Numbered from the stretch's first letter, positions 32,101 to 40,699 are shown. The stretch: DNA of 64,000 nucleotides from an uncultured Deferribacteraceae bacterium (GCA_964370335.1 CAYJIW010000001.1:121-64120); one strand, 5' to 3'. The notes: generated by a model not told the origin, from the letters alone. Made by a program: numbers and translations.

Positions 32101-32499
32101 GCATTTGCAATTAATAGCGTTGGCGTATACCCAGAGCTTAACAACACAATTGATGCTGATGGAACTGTAGCAGCAACTAATAGAGGCATTGCTTCATACT
32201 CAGAGATTTATATGAATGCTAGTGATGCATCAGGCTTAGGTATCTTAGATGGCGATCTAGTTCAGGTGGAAAACCCAATCGGTATAGTTCGTTGTGTTGC
32301 TAGATTGACAGCACGCTGTGCAAAAGGTTATGTAGATTTACACCAAGGTTGTTGGTATGATCCACGTGAAATAAGTGGTAAAATAGTTGATGTTGGCGGT
32401 AATTGTAACACACTAATGGCATCACAACCATCACGTATTGACCATGGTAACGGACAACAATCTGCTATGGTTAAAATTACAAAAGTTGAAAACTACTAA
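29122..32499 (+). CDS. Tat-exported lipoprotein, DMSO-reductase-family molybdopterin oxidoreductase catalytic subunit (DmsA/YnfE-like, enlarged)
   Basis: Twin-arginine signal TRRTFLQG followed by lipobox LVGC. DmsA-like blocks are TPEWASEISGVPVDTIKELA, YNAGGNIFINQHEN, LTTTHNRYRSHSS and C-terminal GCWYDP...GGNCNTLM. 1125 aa. Strong GGGAGGAG SD. Confidence 0.9.
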   Translation: MKKMQDLTKSKLTRRTFLQGMAATGAAATLVGCSTDDGELIFSEGAVGTVVPEAEPVYERFYGSSGHNCGGRCVSVAEVSNGKIHRILTDESKTAFDGTYLDKNSRNWPQTRICTKCRSYKYRLYHPGRLLYPMKQTKKRGDLTGFQRITWDQAYKEIATKHKNIIDKYGVDGVYQIYACGSVSSQLNGSQSGAIGKTNGYAIKLMDGVITPMFASYSTHQYTYFGLNFTGMDGDALNPNDLAKNTSTLVLWGDNSVTTANQTTHSSVKIVEDMKARDVNNKVVYIGPTFSDTGVTLADEWVVSKPFTDPALVAGMVYHILDNTFDLTTGEPKANPWLDIDYLDTLVYGFFDSPAYSITEADGTIGLIDVGDRNIEAVPAGRSYASWILGNNENAQAYSETTTNYTAKQYEAVSTGFKRWATCSYDKTMGANTVYKTKQDFTVPKTPEWASEISGVPVDTIKELAEMFVRNTPVCSRWSGGQQKQMDGISNLFAVQVLHIITKNVGRNGTGYQWVPFKGAMLEKADSLSNAYTVTLPSGMVEGKKAIASCTAWHTAIKMAFADELKEGGYSAEHIPNYAKGTETTPNVYWDDGGTKAFIQWERDADGTVKTYTDIDGNEFYDWTGRATNTPVFTGIRLLYNAGGNIFINQHENSNDSRQMLEALKLNDYNNPDTFCLVSIDNFMSPTPRWSDYVLPATTFWEQDDVMSPQNSSSFYMQKVIDPPGEAKPVFHIGEELLQTYADLTGRSDIADSYYSVDNGGTPAKTIEGIVRSRFEEKKAAGAAVYKDLTWEEYKKNPVISSKPDDRTIAAHKTAAVINAYEGLTDNERANNPFIKEGNNIATNEITSGGYGNEFCNTDNAPNSAWRYQAYSPVLTWQYVNKFSKWHGYLEPEQRGQQHKDLEGDRFVLEIPVYYAYQDTFMEAYGSDIPSGQNAVNELSFLLTTTHNRYRSHSSMAENPMLRELSHRVPGRDAKGNYIPANDYGDYSNAPDKAFAINSVGVYPELNNTIDADGTVAATNRGIASYSEIYMNASDASGLGILDGDLVQVENPIGIVRCVARLTARCAKGYVDLHQGCWYDPREISGKIVDVGGNCNTLMASQPSRIDHGNGQQSAMVKITKVENY

Positions 32500-32510
32500 G
32501 GAGCTAAACA

Positions 32511-33155
32511 ATGGAAATAAATAAAAAAGTTATCCAAGTAAAAAGATATGCATTCTTTTTTGATCAAACAAGATGCATAGGATGTAACGCTTGTACAGTA
32601 GCTTGTAAAGACTATTACGACGTTAACCCTGGTAAAGTATCTTATAGAAATCAATGGACACATGAAACGGATGGTGCTGGTGCGTTTTATTCATTTGTGC
32701 AAGCGTGTAATCACTGCGTAGAGCCAGCATGTCTTACTGCTTGTGGAGTACAAGCAATTAGCAAACGCCCAGATGGCATTGTTGAAGTTGATAGAAATAA
32801 ATGTCAAAACTTGAAAACATGTATATCTGCTTGTCCGTTTGCACAGCCAGGTATTGCTGATGATAAACAAGAACCTGTGCCAAAAGAATCATGGATGATT
32901 GCTCATCCAATGCAAAAATGTAATATGTGTGTGGAATTACAAGATAAAGGCGAAGAAACAATTTGTGTTAGAGCTTGTCCAGTACATGCGATTTACGTTG
33001 GTGATTACGATGAAATACTGCGTACTTACCCAGATGCAGAACAAGTTACACCTGAGAAATTCCCTTATGCATATGAGAATAACACGAATTATACTAATCC
33101 GTCCCTACTTATTCGACCTCGTAAGCCACTGAAAATATCAGGAAATAACAAATAG
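32511..33155 (+). CDS. 4Fe-4S ferredoxin-type electron-transfer subunit (DmsB-like)
   Basis: Cys groups CIGCNACTVACKD, CNHCVEPACLTAC, CQNLKTCISACP and CNMCV...CVRACP. It lies 11 nt downstream of the catalytic subunit. Confidence 0.9.
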   Translation: MEINKKVIQVKRYAFFFDQTRCIGCNACTVACKDYYDVNPGKVSYRNQWTHETDGAGAFYSFVQACNHCVEPACLTACGVQAISKRPDGIVEVDRNKCQNLKTCISACPFAQPGIADDKQEPVPKESWMIAHPMQKCNMCVELQDKGEETICVRACPVHAIYVGDYDEILRTYPDAEQVTPEKFPYAYENNTNYTNPSLLIRPRKPLKISGNNK

Positions 33156-33189
33156 CTAGAGTTATACCCATACTCTTCTTTCATTAAAC

Positions 33190-33231
33190 GAGGGTAGTTG
33201 ATTATTTCGGCTACCCTCGTTTTCATTTTTT
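33190..33231 (+). terminator. hairpin plus T-tract terminator after the DmsB-like gene
   Basis: GAGGGTAGTTGA-TTATT-TCGGCTACCCTC forms a 12-bp stem including two G-U pairs, followed by GTTTTCATTTTTT. The core 25 nt differ at one position from the hairpin at 28581-28605. Confidence 0.7.
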
Positions 33232-33378
33232 AATTCTGTGTTATTTACATTATTATGTAGTTGAATTAATACAACTGTAAACTAACACAAGTTTTTATGA
33301 TGCGTTTAGCCAAGAAAGATTATATTTACAACTGATATCTTATTTTCACCATGACTTTTGGCATAACTCAATACTGAA

Positions 33379-33401
33379 TAAAAAAACCTCCCAACAGGGA
33401 G
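33379..33401 (-). terminator. terminator downstream of the RHH gene (minus strand)
   Basis: CCTCCC-AACA-GGGAGG hairpin. On the minus strand it is followed by a run of seven T. Confidence 0.6.
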
Positions 33402-33473
33402 GTTTTGCTTTGTTAAAAATTGTATCTGCAATCATGTATTGTATTATAAAGCCAGCACATATAATAAAGATTA

Positions 33474-33656
33474 TTAATCGTATTTATTATTAGGTTCTTC
33501 TTTTATATTGCTAAGTGCATATTGCAAACATTGAGTAACTAATTGATTAAGCGAAAGATTATTCTTTTGTGCGAGCGTATTGAGTTGCTCAATTACCTCT
33601 ATAGGTAATCTAAAAGTTTTATTTTCAGTAGTGTATCCTTTACGTATCTCAAGCAT
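33474..33656 (-). CDS. ribbon-helix-helix (CopG/Arc-like) DNA-binding protein, orphan
   Basis: 60 aa. KTFRLPIEVIEQLNTLAQKNNLSLNQLVTQCL fits the beta-strand/helix/helix pattern of RHH repressors and antitoxins. No partner ORF is adjacent. Confidence 0.65.
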   Translation of the reverse strand: MLEIRKGYTTENKTFRLPIEVIEQLNTLAQKNNLSLNQLVTQCLQYALSNIKEEPNNKYD

Positions 33657-34160
33657 TGTACTATGACCTCAAATCATAATAGAATAATATATGAATAAAA
33701 TATACAATCATTTTGCACGAATTTTGCAATTAAAAATACTTGCAAATAAATTGATATAGTGTTATAAAAGTATTTTATATAGAAAATTGTGAATAACTGA
33801 AATGAAAATGTATTATGATAATTGTAAAATAATAAGGTTAATACGTTTATGTCTATAGCTGAATTGTCCTTATGAGTGTATTGTGCTATTAAATTTGAAT
33901 AAATTTACAGGCATTTTTGGGTTGCAGAAAGATATATAACAAAATAATGTTATATTTATTAATAACTTGGATGAAGGGTTTAGGGGTAAGTTAGTAAATA
34001 GCACTTGTCGTATCTATAGATAGGGTTTAGTTACGGCAGGTGCTGTTACAACAATATTAATTATTGTATCAGTATTGACATTACTACAAAAAAGATTTCA
34101 GGTAGTAATAAATGGGAATATTATTTAGGGATATTATTATCTGCTACATCTTTCTAAATA

Positions 34161-34186
34161 CAAGCACCCATATGTGTGGGTGCTTG
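34161..34186 (-). terminator. perfect 10-bp stem hairpin just downstream of the M20 peptidase gene
   Basis: CAAGCACCCA-TATGTG-TGGGTGCTTG. Flanks on both strands are only moderately T-rich (TATTTAG and TGTTTAT). Confidence 0.45.
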
Positions 34187-34210
34187 TGTTTATATAATAA
34201 GTGCAACTTT

Positions 34211-35449
34211 CTACAATTCTGTGCTATCGACTTTATCAATTAATTGTATTAATGCAACTGTGCGTGGTGCAAAGTGTTTTAAGTCTACCCATTCAAGCAA
34301 GGTATGTTCGCATTGCGGGTCTACATCTACACCTAGCGCATCTATCGTTGGTACGTATATACTTGTTGTATTTGCGATAGTTAATCCGCCGGCAGTCCAT
34401 TCGACTATATCAGCATTATATTCTGATTTTACAATATCTTTATAGAAGTTGAACAATTTTTCAGCCGAGGCATTTTTTTGTAATGGACCTTGTCCTAAGC
34501 CACCATTTACAATAATTTTTGTTCCATTTATAGTTGGTGTTTCGCAAATTTTGCGTAGTTCACTATCAATCCGTTTTTGTTCATCAGTTTCATAGCAACG
34601 TATCTCGACCATTAGTTTTGCACTATCTGGTATTACATTATATTTATCATTATTTGTTGTAACTTGTGCAATATTGATTGTGTTATCAGGTATAAACTGA
34701 CCATGCTCTTGTATTCCTTTTGCTTCTAACGCATCAGAAATATAATCACTAGGGTTACCTTCTGGCATTGGTGAACTAAGTGATAATATGCGTGTAGCAA
34801 GATAGCAAGCTTCAGATACTGCATTAGATGCAGCTTGTATTCCATTGCCAGCATGTCCACTAACGCCTTCTATATCAATAGTATATCTAGCAACACCTTT
34901 ACGCTTAGTACAAACACCCCAGTTTGGGCGACCAGTATCACAAACGATTGCATAATCGACTTTTTGTGCTAATTCTTCTGCGAATTTATATTCATCATCA
35001 GAGCCTGTTTCTTCTTCTGAATCGAAGAACACAATTATTTCAGAATATGGAGTGTTGCCCATGTTTTGCATTGCTTTCACGACATAAAGCATTTGTATTG
35101 CAGAAGCTTTACAATCACCAACACCAGCACCTTTTGCAATCATATTATCATCAATTTCAAACAATCTTTTACCATCTTGTGTTCCAAGTACAGTATCAGT
35201 ATGCACAACTAGCAATAGTTTCTTATTTCCATTGCCTTTGAATGTAGCAATGACATGTGCGCCTCTATTGTTATCACGCACTTCATATGTTCCACCAAGT
35301 TCGGTAATACGCTGCTTTAAAAATTCAGCAATTTCACGGCTACCTATGATATTGCCAGTAACTGAGTCAATATTTGTAACAAATTCTAAATCTTTAATGT
35401 AACCGTTTACTAACTGGTTAACTGTTGATTTCAGAATAATACTATCCAT
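34211..35449 (-). CDS. M20-family metallopeptidase (carboxypeptidase G2-like)
   Basis: LLLVVHTDTV, GAGVGDCKAS and FFDSEEETGS (metal-ligand Asp/Glu contexts typical of M20A), with a dimerisation-domain-sized insert. Confidence 0.85.
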   Translation of the reverse strand: MDSIILKSTVNQLVNGYIKDLEFVTNIDSVTGNIIGSREIAEFLKQRITELGGTYEVRDNNRGAHVIATFKGNGNKKLLLVVHTDTVLGTQDGKRLFEIDDNMIAKGAGVGDCKASAIQMLYVVKAMQNMGNTPYSEIIVFFDSEEETGSDDEYKFAEELAQKVDYAIVCDTGRPNWGVCTKRKGVARYTIDIEGVSGHAGNGIQAASNAVSEACYLATRILSLSSPMPEGNPSDYISDALEAKGIQEHGQFIPDNTINIAQVTTNNDKYNVIPDSAKLMVEIRCYETDEQKRIDSELRKICETPTINGTKIIVNGGLGQGPLQKNASAEKLFNFYKDIVKSEYNADIVEWTAGGLTIANTTSIYVPTIDALGVDVDPQCEHTLLEWVDLKHFAPRTVALIQLIDKVDSTEL

Positions 35450-35467
35450 AACTATTCCTCCTAGTTA

Positions 35468-37735
35468 TTAATAATCGCTATCACGTGGGCGTATAACTTT
35501 TCTAGGTTTTGATGAACCTGTGCTAGGCTCGATAATTCCTCTACGTTCCATCATTTCAAATATTTTTGCAGCACGGTTGTATCCGATACTTAGTTCACGT
35601 TGTATTTTAGATATTGATGCTTCGCCCATTCTAAAAGCTAAATCAAGCGCTTCTTGATATTTTGCATCTTCTTTTTCGCCACTATTGTCTTCAGCTTCTT
35701 CAGAGTGGTCTTTTATTATTTCTAAATCGTATTCTGGCTCGCCAAACTTTTTGACTTCTTCAACTACATTTCTAACTTCTTCATCGCTAACGAATGCACC
35801 ATGTATGCGTATTGCGTCGCTAGTTCCCGGTGGGATAAATAGGCTATCGCCATAACCAAGTAGCATATCTGCACCTTTTTGGTCTAGTATAATTCTAGAG
35901 TCGTTAGACTGTGCAACTTTAAAAGCAAGCCTTGCAGGCATGTTTGCTTTGATTAAACCTGTAATAACGTTTGCAGTAGGGCGTTGTGTAGCAATGATTA
36001 AGTGTATGCCGACAGCACGTGCTTTTTGTGCTATCCTAGTTATAGATGTTTCAACATCTTTACCAGCTACCATCATCAAATCAGCAAATTCATCAACAAC
36101 CACAACAAGATAAAACATTTCTGGCTCGCTACCGTCCATTGCGACAATTTCGTTATAGCCCTCTATATTACGGACTTTCTTTTCCATAAGTTTTTCGTAC
36201 CTGCGTTCCATTTCATCGACAACATTGCGTAAAACACTAGGCGCAAGCTTTGTATCAGTAACGACAGGTGCAAGTAAGTGCGGTATATCACGATATATGC
36301 TAAGCTCAACCATTTTTGGATCAATCATAACAAACTTCACTTTATCTGGTGATGATTTATACAAAATTGAGCATATCATAGTATTGATACCGACAGATTT
36401 ACCGCTACCAGTTGTACCAGCAACTAATAAGTGAGGCATTTTCTTAATATCAGACATGAACGGTTTACCAGTAACATCTTTACCAAGTGCAATAGTTAGT
36501 TCTGATTTATTATTAGCAAACTCTTTTGCTTGTAGTAGCTCTTTTATGGCAACACCAGCACGGTTTTTGTTAGGAACTTCAATACCTATTGTGTTAGTAC
36601 CCGGTATTGGGGCAATAATACGTATTGATAACGCACTCATACTAAGTGCTAGGTCACGCTCTAGCCCAGCAATTTTGCTAATGCGTGTGCCTGCTGCTGG
36701 CTCAATTTCAAACATGGTGACGACTGGTCCCGGCTGGATAGCTCTAACTTTGCCACTAACATCGAAATCTTTTAACTTTTGTATTAGTAGCTCGCCTTGA
36801 TGTTTAAGTTCCTCTGGCGAGTCTTTTTTTATTGATTTGTCAGGGTCGCTCAAAATACTTATAGGTATGCTATATTTTGAAATAAGTTTTTTATCAACCT
36901 TTGATTGTTCACGTATCTCAATAACTTCTTCTTTTTCTTCAATTTCTTCTATAAAAGGTTGCTTGAAAATAGGTTCGTCATCTTTAATATCTTCTGTAAT
37001 AGCAGGCGCAACTTCTTCTGCTTCAAATGTAATTTTACGTATTGCTTCACGTTCGCTATCGTCAAGTATTTCTTCTGGCATTTTATTAACATTGTTACTT
37101 TTTCTTCTTTTAATTCCAGAAAAAAGTTTAGCGAATATAAAAACTATGCCAAGTACAAAGCTTTTAACTGATTTTGCCACTTGTGATAGGGATACATGAA
37201 ACATCAGCATTGTTAAGATAAGCATAATCGCTAACGATAATATAATACCGCCAACACGCCCAACGAGTGATACAACAATTATAGATGCAAATGCACCAAG
37301 CGCACCACCAGAAGAATGTTTTGTGAAGAACAGGTCTTTACTTTCAGTACCAATAAGCCCAGCAAAAAGCGAGAATGTAGAAATAATTAGTATGCCAGCA
37401 ACAACAACGCCTAATATAACGCCAGCTTTCACTTTGCCATTTTTAAATTGGTGTAGTAGTAAAGCAATGTAGAAACATAAAAATGGAACAAATAGCGAAG
37501 CTACCCCAAGTGCAGCACCCATAATATCAGCAACTAAAGCGCCTGTAACACCAAACAAGTTTTTTATAGGGATAACGTGCTTAGTGTTGACTGTTTCAAA
37601 AAAAGCAGCATCATGTTCATTGTATGATATAAGCGATAAAAGAAAGAAAACGCCTAATAACACAAACAATAATAAAAGTAGTTCTGTGCCAAGCCCTCTT
37701 TGTTCAACAGGTTGTTTTTTTGTACGTTTACTCAT
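35468..37735 (-). CDS. ftsK: DNA translocase FtsK
   Basis: N-terminal TM helices, Walker A VAGTTGSGKSVGIN, Walker B VVVVDEFADLM, and a gamma winged-helix SISKIQRELSIGYNRAAKIFEMME. I prefer the start at 37735 (MSKRTKK), which forms an ATGA overlap with the uppP stop. Confidence 0.93.
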   Translation of the reverse strand: MSKRTKKQPVEQRGLGTELLLLLFVLLGVFFLLSLISYNEHDAAFFETVNTKHVIPIKNLFGVTGALVADIMGAALGVASLFVPFLCFYIALLLHQFKNGKVKAGVILGVVVAGILIISTFSLFAGLIGTESKDLFFTKHSSGGALGAFASIIVVSLVGRVGGIILSLAIMLILTMLMFHVSLSQVAKSVKSFVLGIVFIFAKLFSGIKRRKSNNVNKMPEEILDDSEREAIRKITFEAEEVAPAITEDIKDDEPIFKQPFIEEIEEKEEVIEIREQSKVDKKLISKYSIPISILSDPDKSIKKDSPEELKHQGELLIQKLKDFDVSGKVRAIQPGPVVTMFEIEPAAGTRISKIAGLERDLALSMSALSIRIIAPIPGTNTIGIEVPNKNRAGVAIKELLQAKEFANNKSELTIALGKDVTGKPFMSDIKKMPHLLVAGTTGSGKSVGINTMICSILYKSSPDKVKFVMIDPKMVELSIYRDIPHLLAPVVTDTKLAPSVLRNVVDEMERRYEKLMEKKVRNIEGYNEIVAMDGSEPEMFYLVVVVDEFADLMMVAGKDVETSITRIAQKARAVGIHLIIATQRPTANVITGLIKANMPARLAFKVAQSNDSRIILDQKGADMLLGYGDSLFIPPGTSDAIRIHGAFVSDEEVRNVVEEVKKFGEPEYDLEIIKDHSEEAEDNSGEKEDAKYQEALDLAFRMGEASISKIQRELSIGYNRAAKIFEMMERRGIIEPSTGSSKPRKVIRPRDSDY

Positions 37736-38520
37736 ATAAATACCACCGTAGCAATACCTACTATCAAGCAATAGAAAGCAAAATAAGTTAGTTTAGCTTT
37801 TTCTACAATTATCATCATAAATTTTATAGCTACTATACCGCTTAAAAAAGCAGCAAACATACCTAATACGTATGGTAATATATCGCTAGTTACAACACTT
37901 TCAATATGTCTAAGTTGTAGTAATGTCGCACCTAGTATGGCAGGTATAGACATTAGGAACGAAAATTCAGCAGCTTCTTTCCTAGATATGCCAAGCATAA
38001 CAGCTACAGATATTGTAGAGCCAGAGCGAGAAATACCCGGAATAACAGCTAGCCCTTGCACAATACCAAGTATTACGCTATTGCCGATAGTGATATTTCC
38101 ATTGCCTGAAAATCTATCAGATAATACTAACAATACAGATGTAAATATAAGTGCATAACCAACAAGTGTAACAGCTTTAAAGTTTTCTGTAACAACACCT
38201 TCAAGCGATAGCCCAATTATTGCAGTTGGTATGCTAGCAATGATAATGCCCCACATAAATCGTTTGTTTTCAAGGTAATGGCTTCTGTAGTTAGTAATAA
38301 ACATGCCAAAGAATGATAAAATTAACTTGCCTATACGCTTACGAAAGAATAGCATAACTGCTAATAGCGTAGCAAAATGTAGTAAAGTGTCAAAAAGTAG
38401 CCCCGGTTGCTCAAAATTCATTAAATATTGTACAATAGCAAGGTGCCCAGAACTGCTGACAGGTAAAAACTCTGTAAGTCCTTGTATAATTCCTAAAATA
38501 ATAGTGTCTTTTGTTTCCAT
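37732..38520 (-). CDS. uppP: undecaprenyl-diphosphate phosphatase
   Basis: GIIQGLTEFLPVSSSGHL and PGISRSGSTI motifs; polytopic membrane protein. Confidence 0.93.
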   Translation of the reverse strand: METKDTIILGIIQGLTEFLPVSSSGHLAIVQYLMNFEQPGLLFDTLLHFATLLAVMLFFRKRIGKLILSFFGMFITNYRSHYLENKRFMWGIIIASIPTAIIGLSLEGVVTENFKAVTLVGYALIFTSVLLVLSDRFSGNGNITIGNSVILGIVQGLAVIPGISRSGSTISVAVMLGISRKEAAEFSFLMSIPAILGATLLQLRHIESVVTSDILPYVLGMFAAFLSGIVAIKFMMIIVEKAKLTYFAFYCLIVGIATVVFI

Positions 38521-38552
38521 TTTCTAATTAATCTCCAACTGCACATTATACA

Positions 38553-40211
38553 CTATATATCTGTTTCTATCAAGGGCTTATGTTTCAGTTTAATTTTTAT
38601 TATTGGTTTGCGTGTAAAATATCGCTTGAACTGCTTTGATATTAATGTATCTAGCCACTCAACCCAAGCATCATTATTAAATCGCTCGAAAATACTCGTT
38701 TCGCTATTTTCAATAATTGCGTTAGTAAGTGTTTTTTCAAAGTCATCAGTTATATGGCAACCAGCAAACGCAAAGTCTATATCGTTATGTATTCTGCCAC
38801 GCTCTAAATCTACAGTAGCAATCAGAAAAACAACACCATCAGTCGATAAGCGTTTGCGTGCTTTTAACTCATTTAATGTAAGTTCGTAGCCATTTTTATT
38901 ATCAATAAATAGTTTACCAGTTTCAACCGCAACAATTTCTGATAAAACGCCATCTTCAAAAACGATAGATTTGCCACTTTCGGTAACAATAACATTTTCT
39001 TCTTCCATGCCAAGCCCAACAGCTAAATTTTTATGGCCAAGTAAGTGGATACGTTCGCCATGTACAGGTATTAAATAATCAGGCCTAGTTAGCTTTAGCA
39101 ACAACTCCGCATCATACTTAGAGGCATGGCCAGACACGTGTATGTTTGCATCTTTAACAGTAATGCATCTTGCACCATACATTGATATATTATTCATAGT
39201 TTGGATAATAAGCTTTTCGTTACCGGGTATAATACGTGATGAAAATACAAAAGTATCAGTAGGGCGTACAGTTATTTTTGCATAATCGTCTTTTGCTATT
39301 TTCGAGATGACGCTATTGCGTTCACCTTGCGAGCCTGTAGCAATAACGCATACTTCGCAATCTGGTAAGCGCTCTATTGATTTACGTGATATAACAGTAT
39401 CTTCTTTAATTCTTAGTAAGCCCATTTCTCTAGCATTGTTTATGTGCTTAATGATAGATGAGCCTTCGATAGCAACTTTTCTATTATGCTTAACTGCAAG
39501 GTCAAATACAGTTTGTAAGCGCTCTACATTTGATGAAAATGTGGTAAAAAATATCCTGCCATCTGATGATGAAAATATATCGTCAATACCACTAATGACA
39601 GATGTTTCGCCTTTCGTAAATTTTGCGTCTAAACAGCTAGTAGAGTCAGCAAGCAAGCAGTTTAAACCACTATCGCCGATATGAAGAAAAGCAGAATGGT
39701 CGAATGGAACACAAGTATGTGGTGCAAAGTCGATTTTATAATCAGACATGTGCAAGCATGTAAATCCGTCAGATGTTTCTATAAATAAAGCACCAGTACC
39801 ATGTATTGAGTGGCTTATAGGTATAAAGGTAACGATAAAGTCGCCAGCCTCAACAGGCACATTTGCGCTAAGGTCTGTAAGTTCAGCACTAACGCCATGA
39901 TCTTTTAGTTTATGGTTGATAAGCCCTAATGTATATTTTGATGCTGCAATAGGCATGTTGTGGCGTTTCATTAAAAACGGTAACGCACCGATATGGTCTT
40001 CGTGTGCGTGTGTGATAAAAACACATTGCAGTTTATGTTTGATAGTATCTAGGTATTTAAAATCAGGTATGATTAAGTCTATTGCAGGGTCGTCGGCATC
40101 GGCAAACTTTACGCCACAATCTACAATGATAGCAGATGTATCAGTTTCAAATATGTACAAATTCATTCCGATTTCGCCAATACCACCAAGTGATGTAATG
40201 CTACATTTCAT
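38553..40211 (-). CDS. rnj: ribonuclease J (metallo-beta-lactamase / beta-CASP)
   Basis: HAHEDHIGALP, a beta-CASP region and a C-terminal domain; 552 aa. Confidence 0.88.
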   Translation of the reverse strand: MKCSITSLGGIGEIGMNLYIFETDTSAIIVDCGVKFADADDPAIDLIIPDFKYLDTIKHKLQCVFITHAHEDHIGALPFLMKRHNMPIAASKYTLGLINHKLKDHGVSAELTDLSANVPVEAGDFIVTFIPISHSIHGTGALFIETSDGFTCLHMSDYKIDFAPHTCVPFDHSAFLHIGDSGLNCLLADSTSCLDAKFTKGETSVISGIDDIFSSSDGRIFFTTFSSNVERLQTVFDLAVKHNRKVAIEGSSIIKHINNAREMGLLRIKEDTVISRKSIERLPDCEVCVIATGSQGERNSVISKIAKDDYAKITVRPTDTFVFSSRIIPGNEKLIIQTMNNISMYGARCITVKDANIHVSGHASKYDAELLLKLTRPDYLIPVHGERIHLLGHKNLAVGLGMEEENVIVTESGKSIVFEDGVLSEIVAVETGKLFIDNKNGYELTLNELKARKRLSTDGVVFLIATVDLERGRIHNDIDFAFAGCHITDDFEKTLTNAIIENSETSIFERFNNDAWVEWLDTLISKQFKRYFTRKPIIKIKLKHKPLIETDI

Positions 40212-40219
40212 ATAATATT

Positions 40220-40699
40220 TTATCCTTTAGTTAGCGTAGATACTGCAAGCGAAGCAATGCCTTCTTTTCTACCAGTAAATCCAAGTTGCTCGGTAGTAGT
40301 AGCTTTGATTGTAACATCTTCAATATCTATACTTAAAGCAGTGGCAATTTTTTGCCTCATTTTTGGGATATATTCAGCCATTTTTGGTTTTTCAGCAATG
40401 ATTGTTGCATCAACATTAGATAGCGTATAACCTTGTTGCATAGCAAGTTCATATGCACGTTGTAACAAGATAATAGAGTCAATATTTTTATATTCATCAT
40501 CGCTATCAGGAAACAAGTTGCCAATATCCTTACCAAGTGTTACGCCAGTAAAGCTATCAATAATTGCATGAACTAGCACATCGGCATCGCTATGGCCTGC
40601 AAGCCCAACTTCGTATGGGATTTCGATACCGCCAACGATAAGTTTCCTATCTTTTGCAAAGCGGTGTACGTCAAATCCTATTCCACATTTTATTTTCAT
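40220..40699 (-). CDS. ispF: 2-C-methyl-D-erythritol 2,4-cyclodiphosphate synthase
   Basis: GIGFDVHRF, GHSDADVLVHA, 159 aa. Confidence 0.95.
   Translation of the reverse strand: MKIKCGIGFDVHRFAKDRKLIVGGIEIPYEVGLAGHSDADVLVHAIIDSFTGVTLGKDIGNLFPDSDDEYKNIDSIILLQRAYELAMQQGYTLSNVDATIIAEKPKMAEYIPKMRQKIATALSIDIEDVTIKATTTEQLGFTGRKEGIASLAVSTLTKG

Noticed and set aside
32358-32373. Degenerate parS-like sites: TGATCCACGTGAAATA (32358-32373, 2 mismatches, inside the molybdoenzyme gene) and AGTATCACGTGAAGCA (17572-17587, 3 mismatches, inside a GT9 gene).
   Set aside because: Both share the common CACGTG core but have imperfect arms and lie in coding sequence. This could plausibly be chance, and they are not comparable to the two perfect sites at 9448 and 9678.
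34024-34128. A frame encoding a hydrophobic, type-I-toxin-like peptide (GLVTAGAVTTILIIVSVLTLLQKRFQVVINGNII) in the ORF-free tract.
   Set aside because: An in-frame TAG lies immediately upstream, and there is no ATG/GTG/TTG start before the hydrophobic segment. AT-rich DNA readily yields I/L/V-rich frames. At best it is a decayed remnant.
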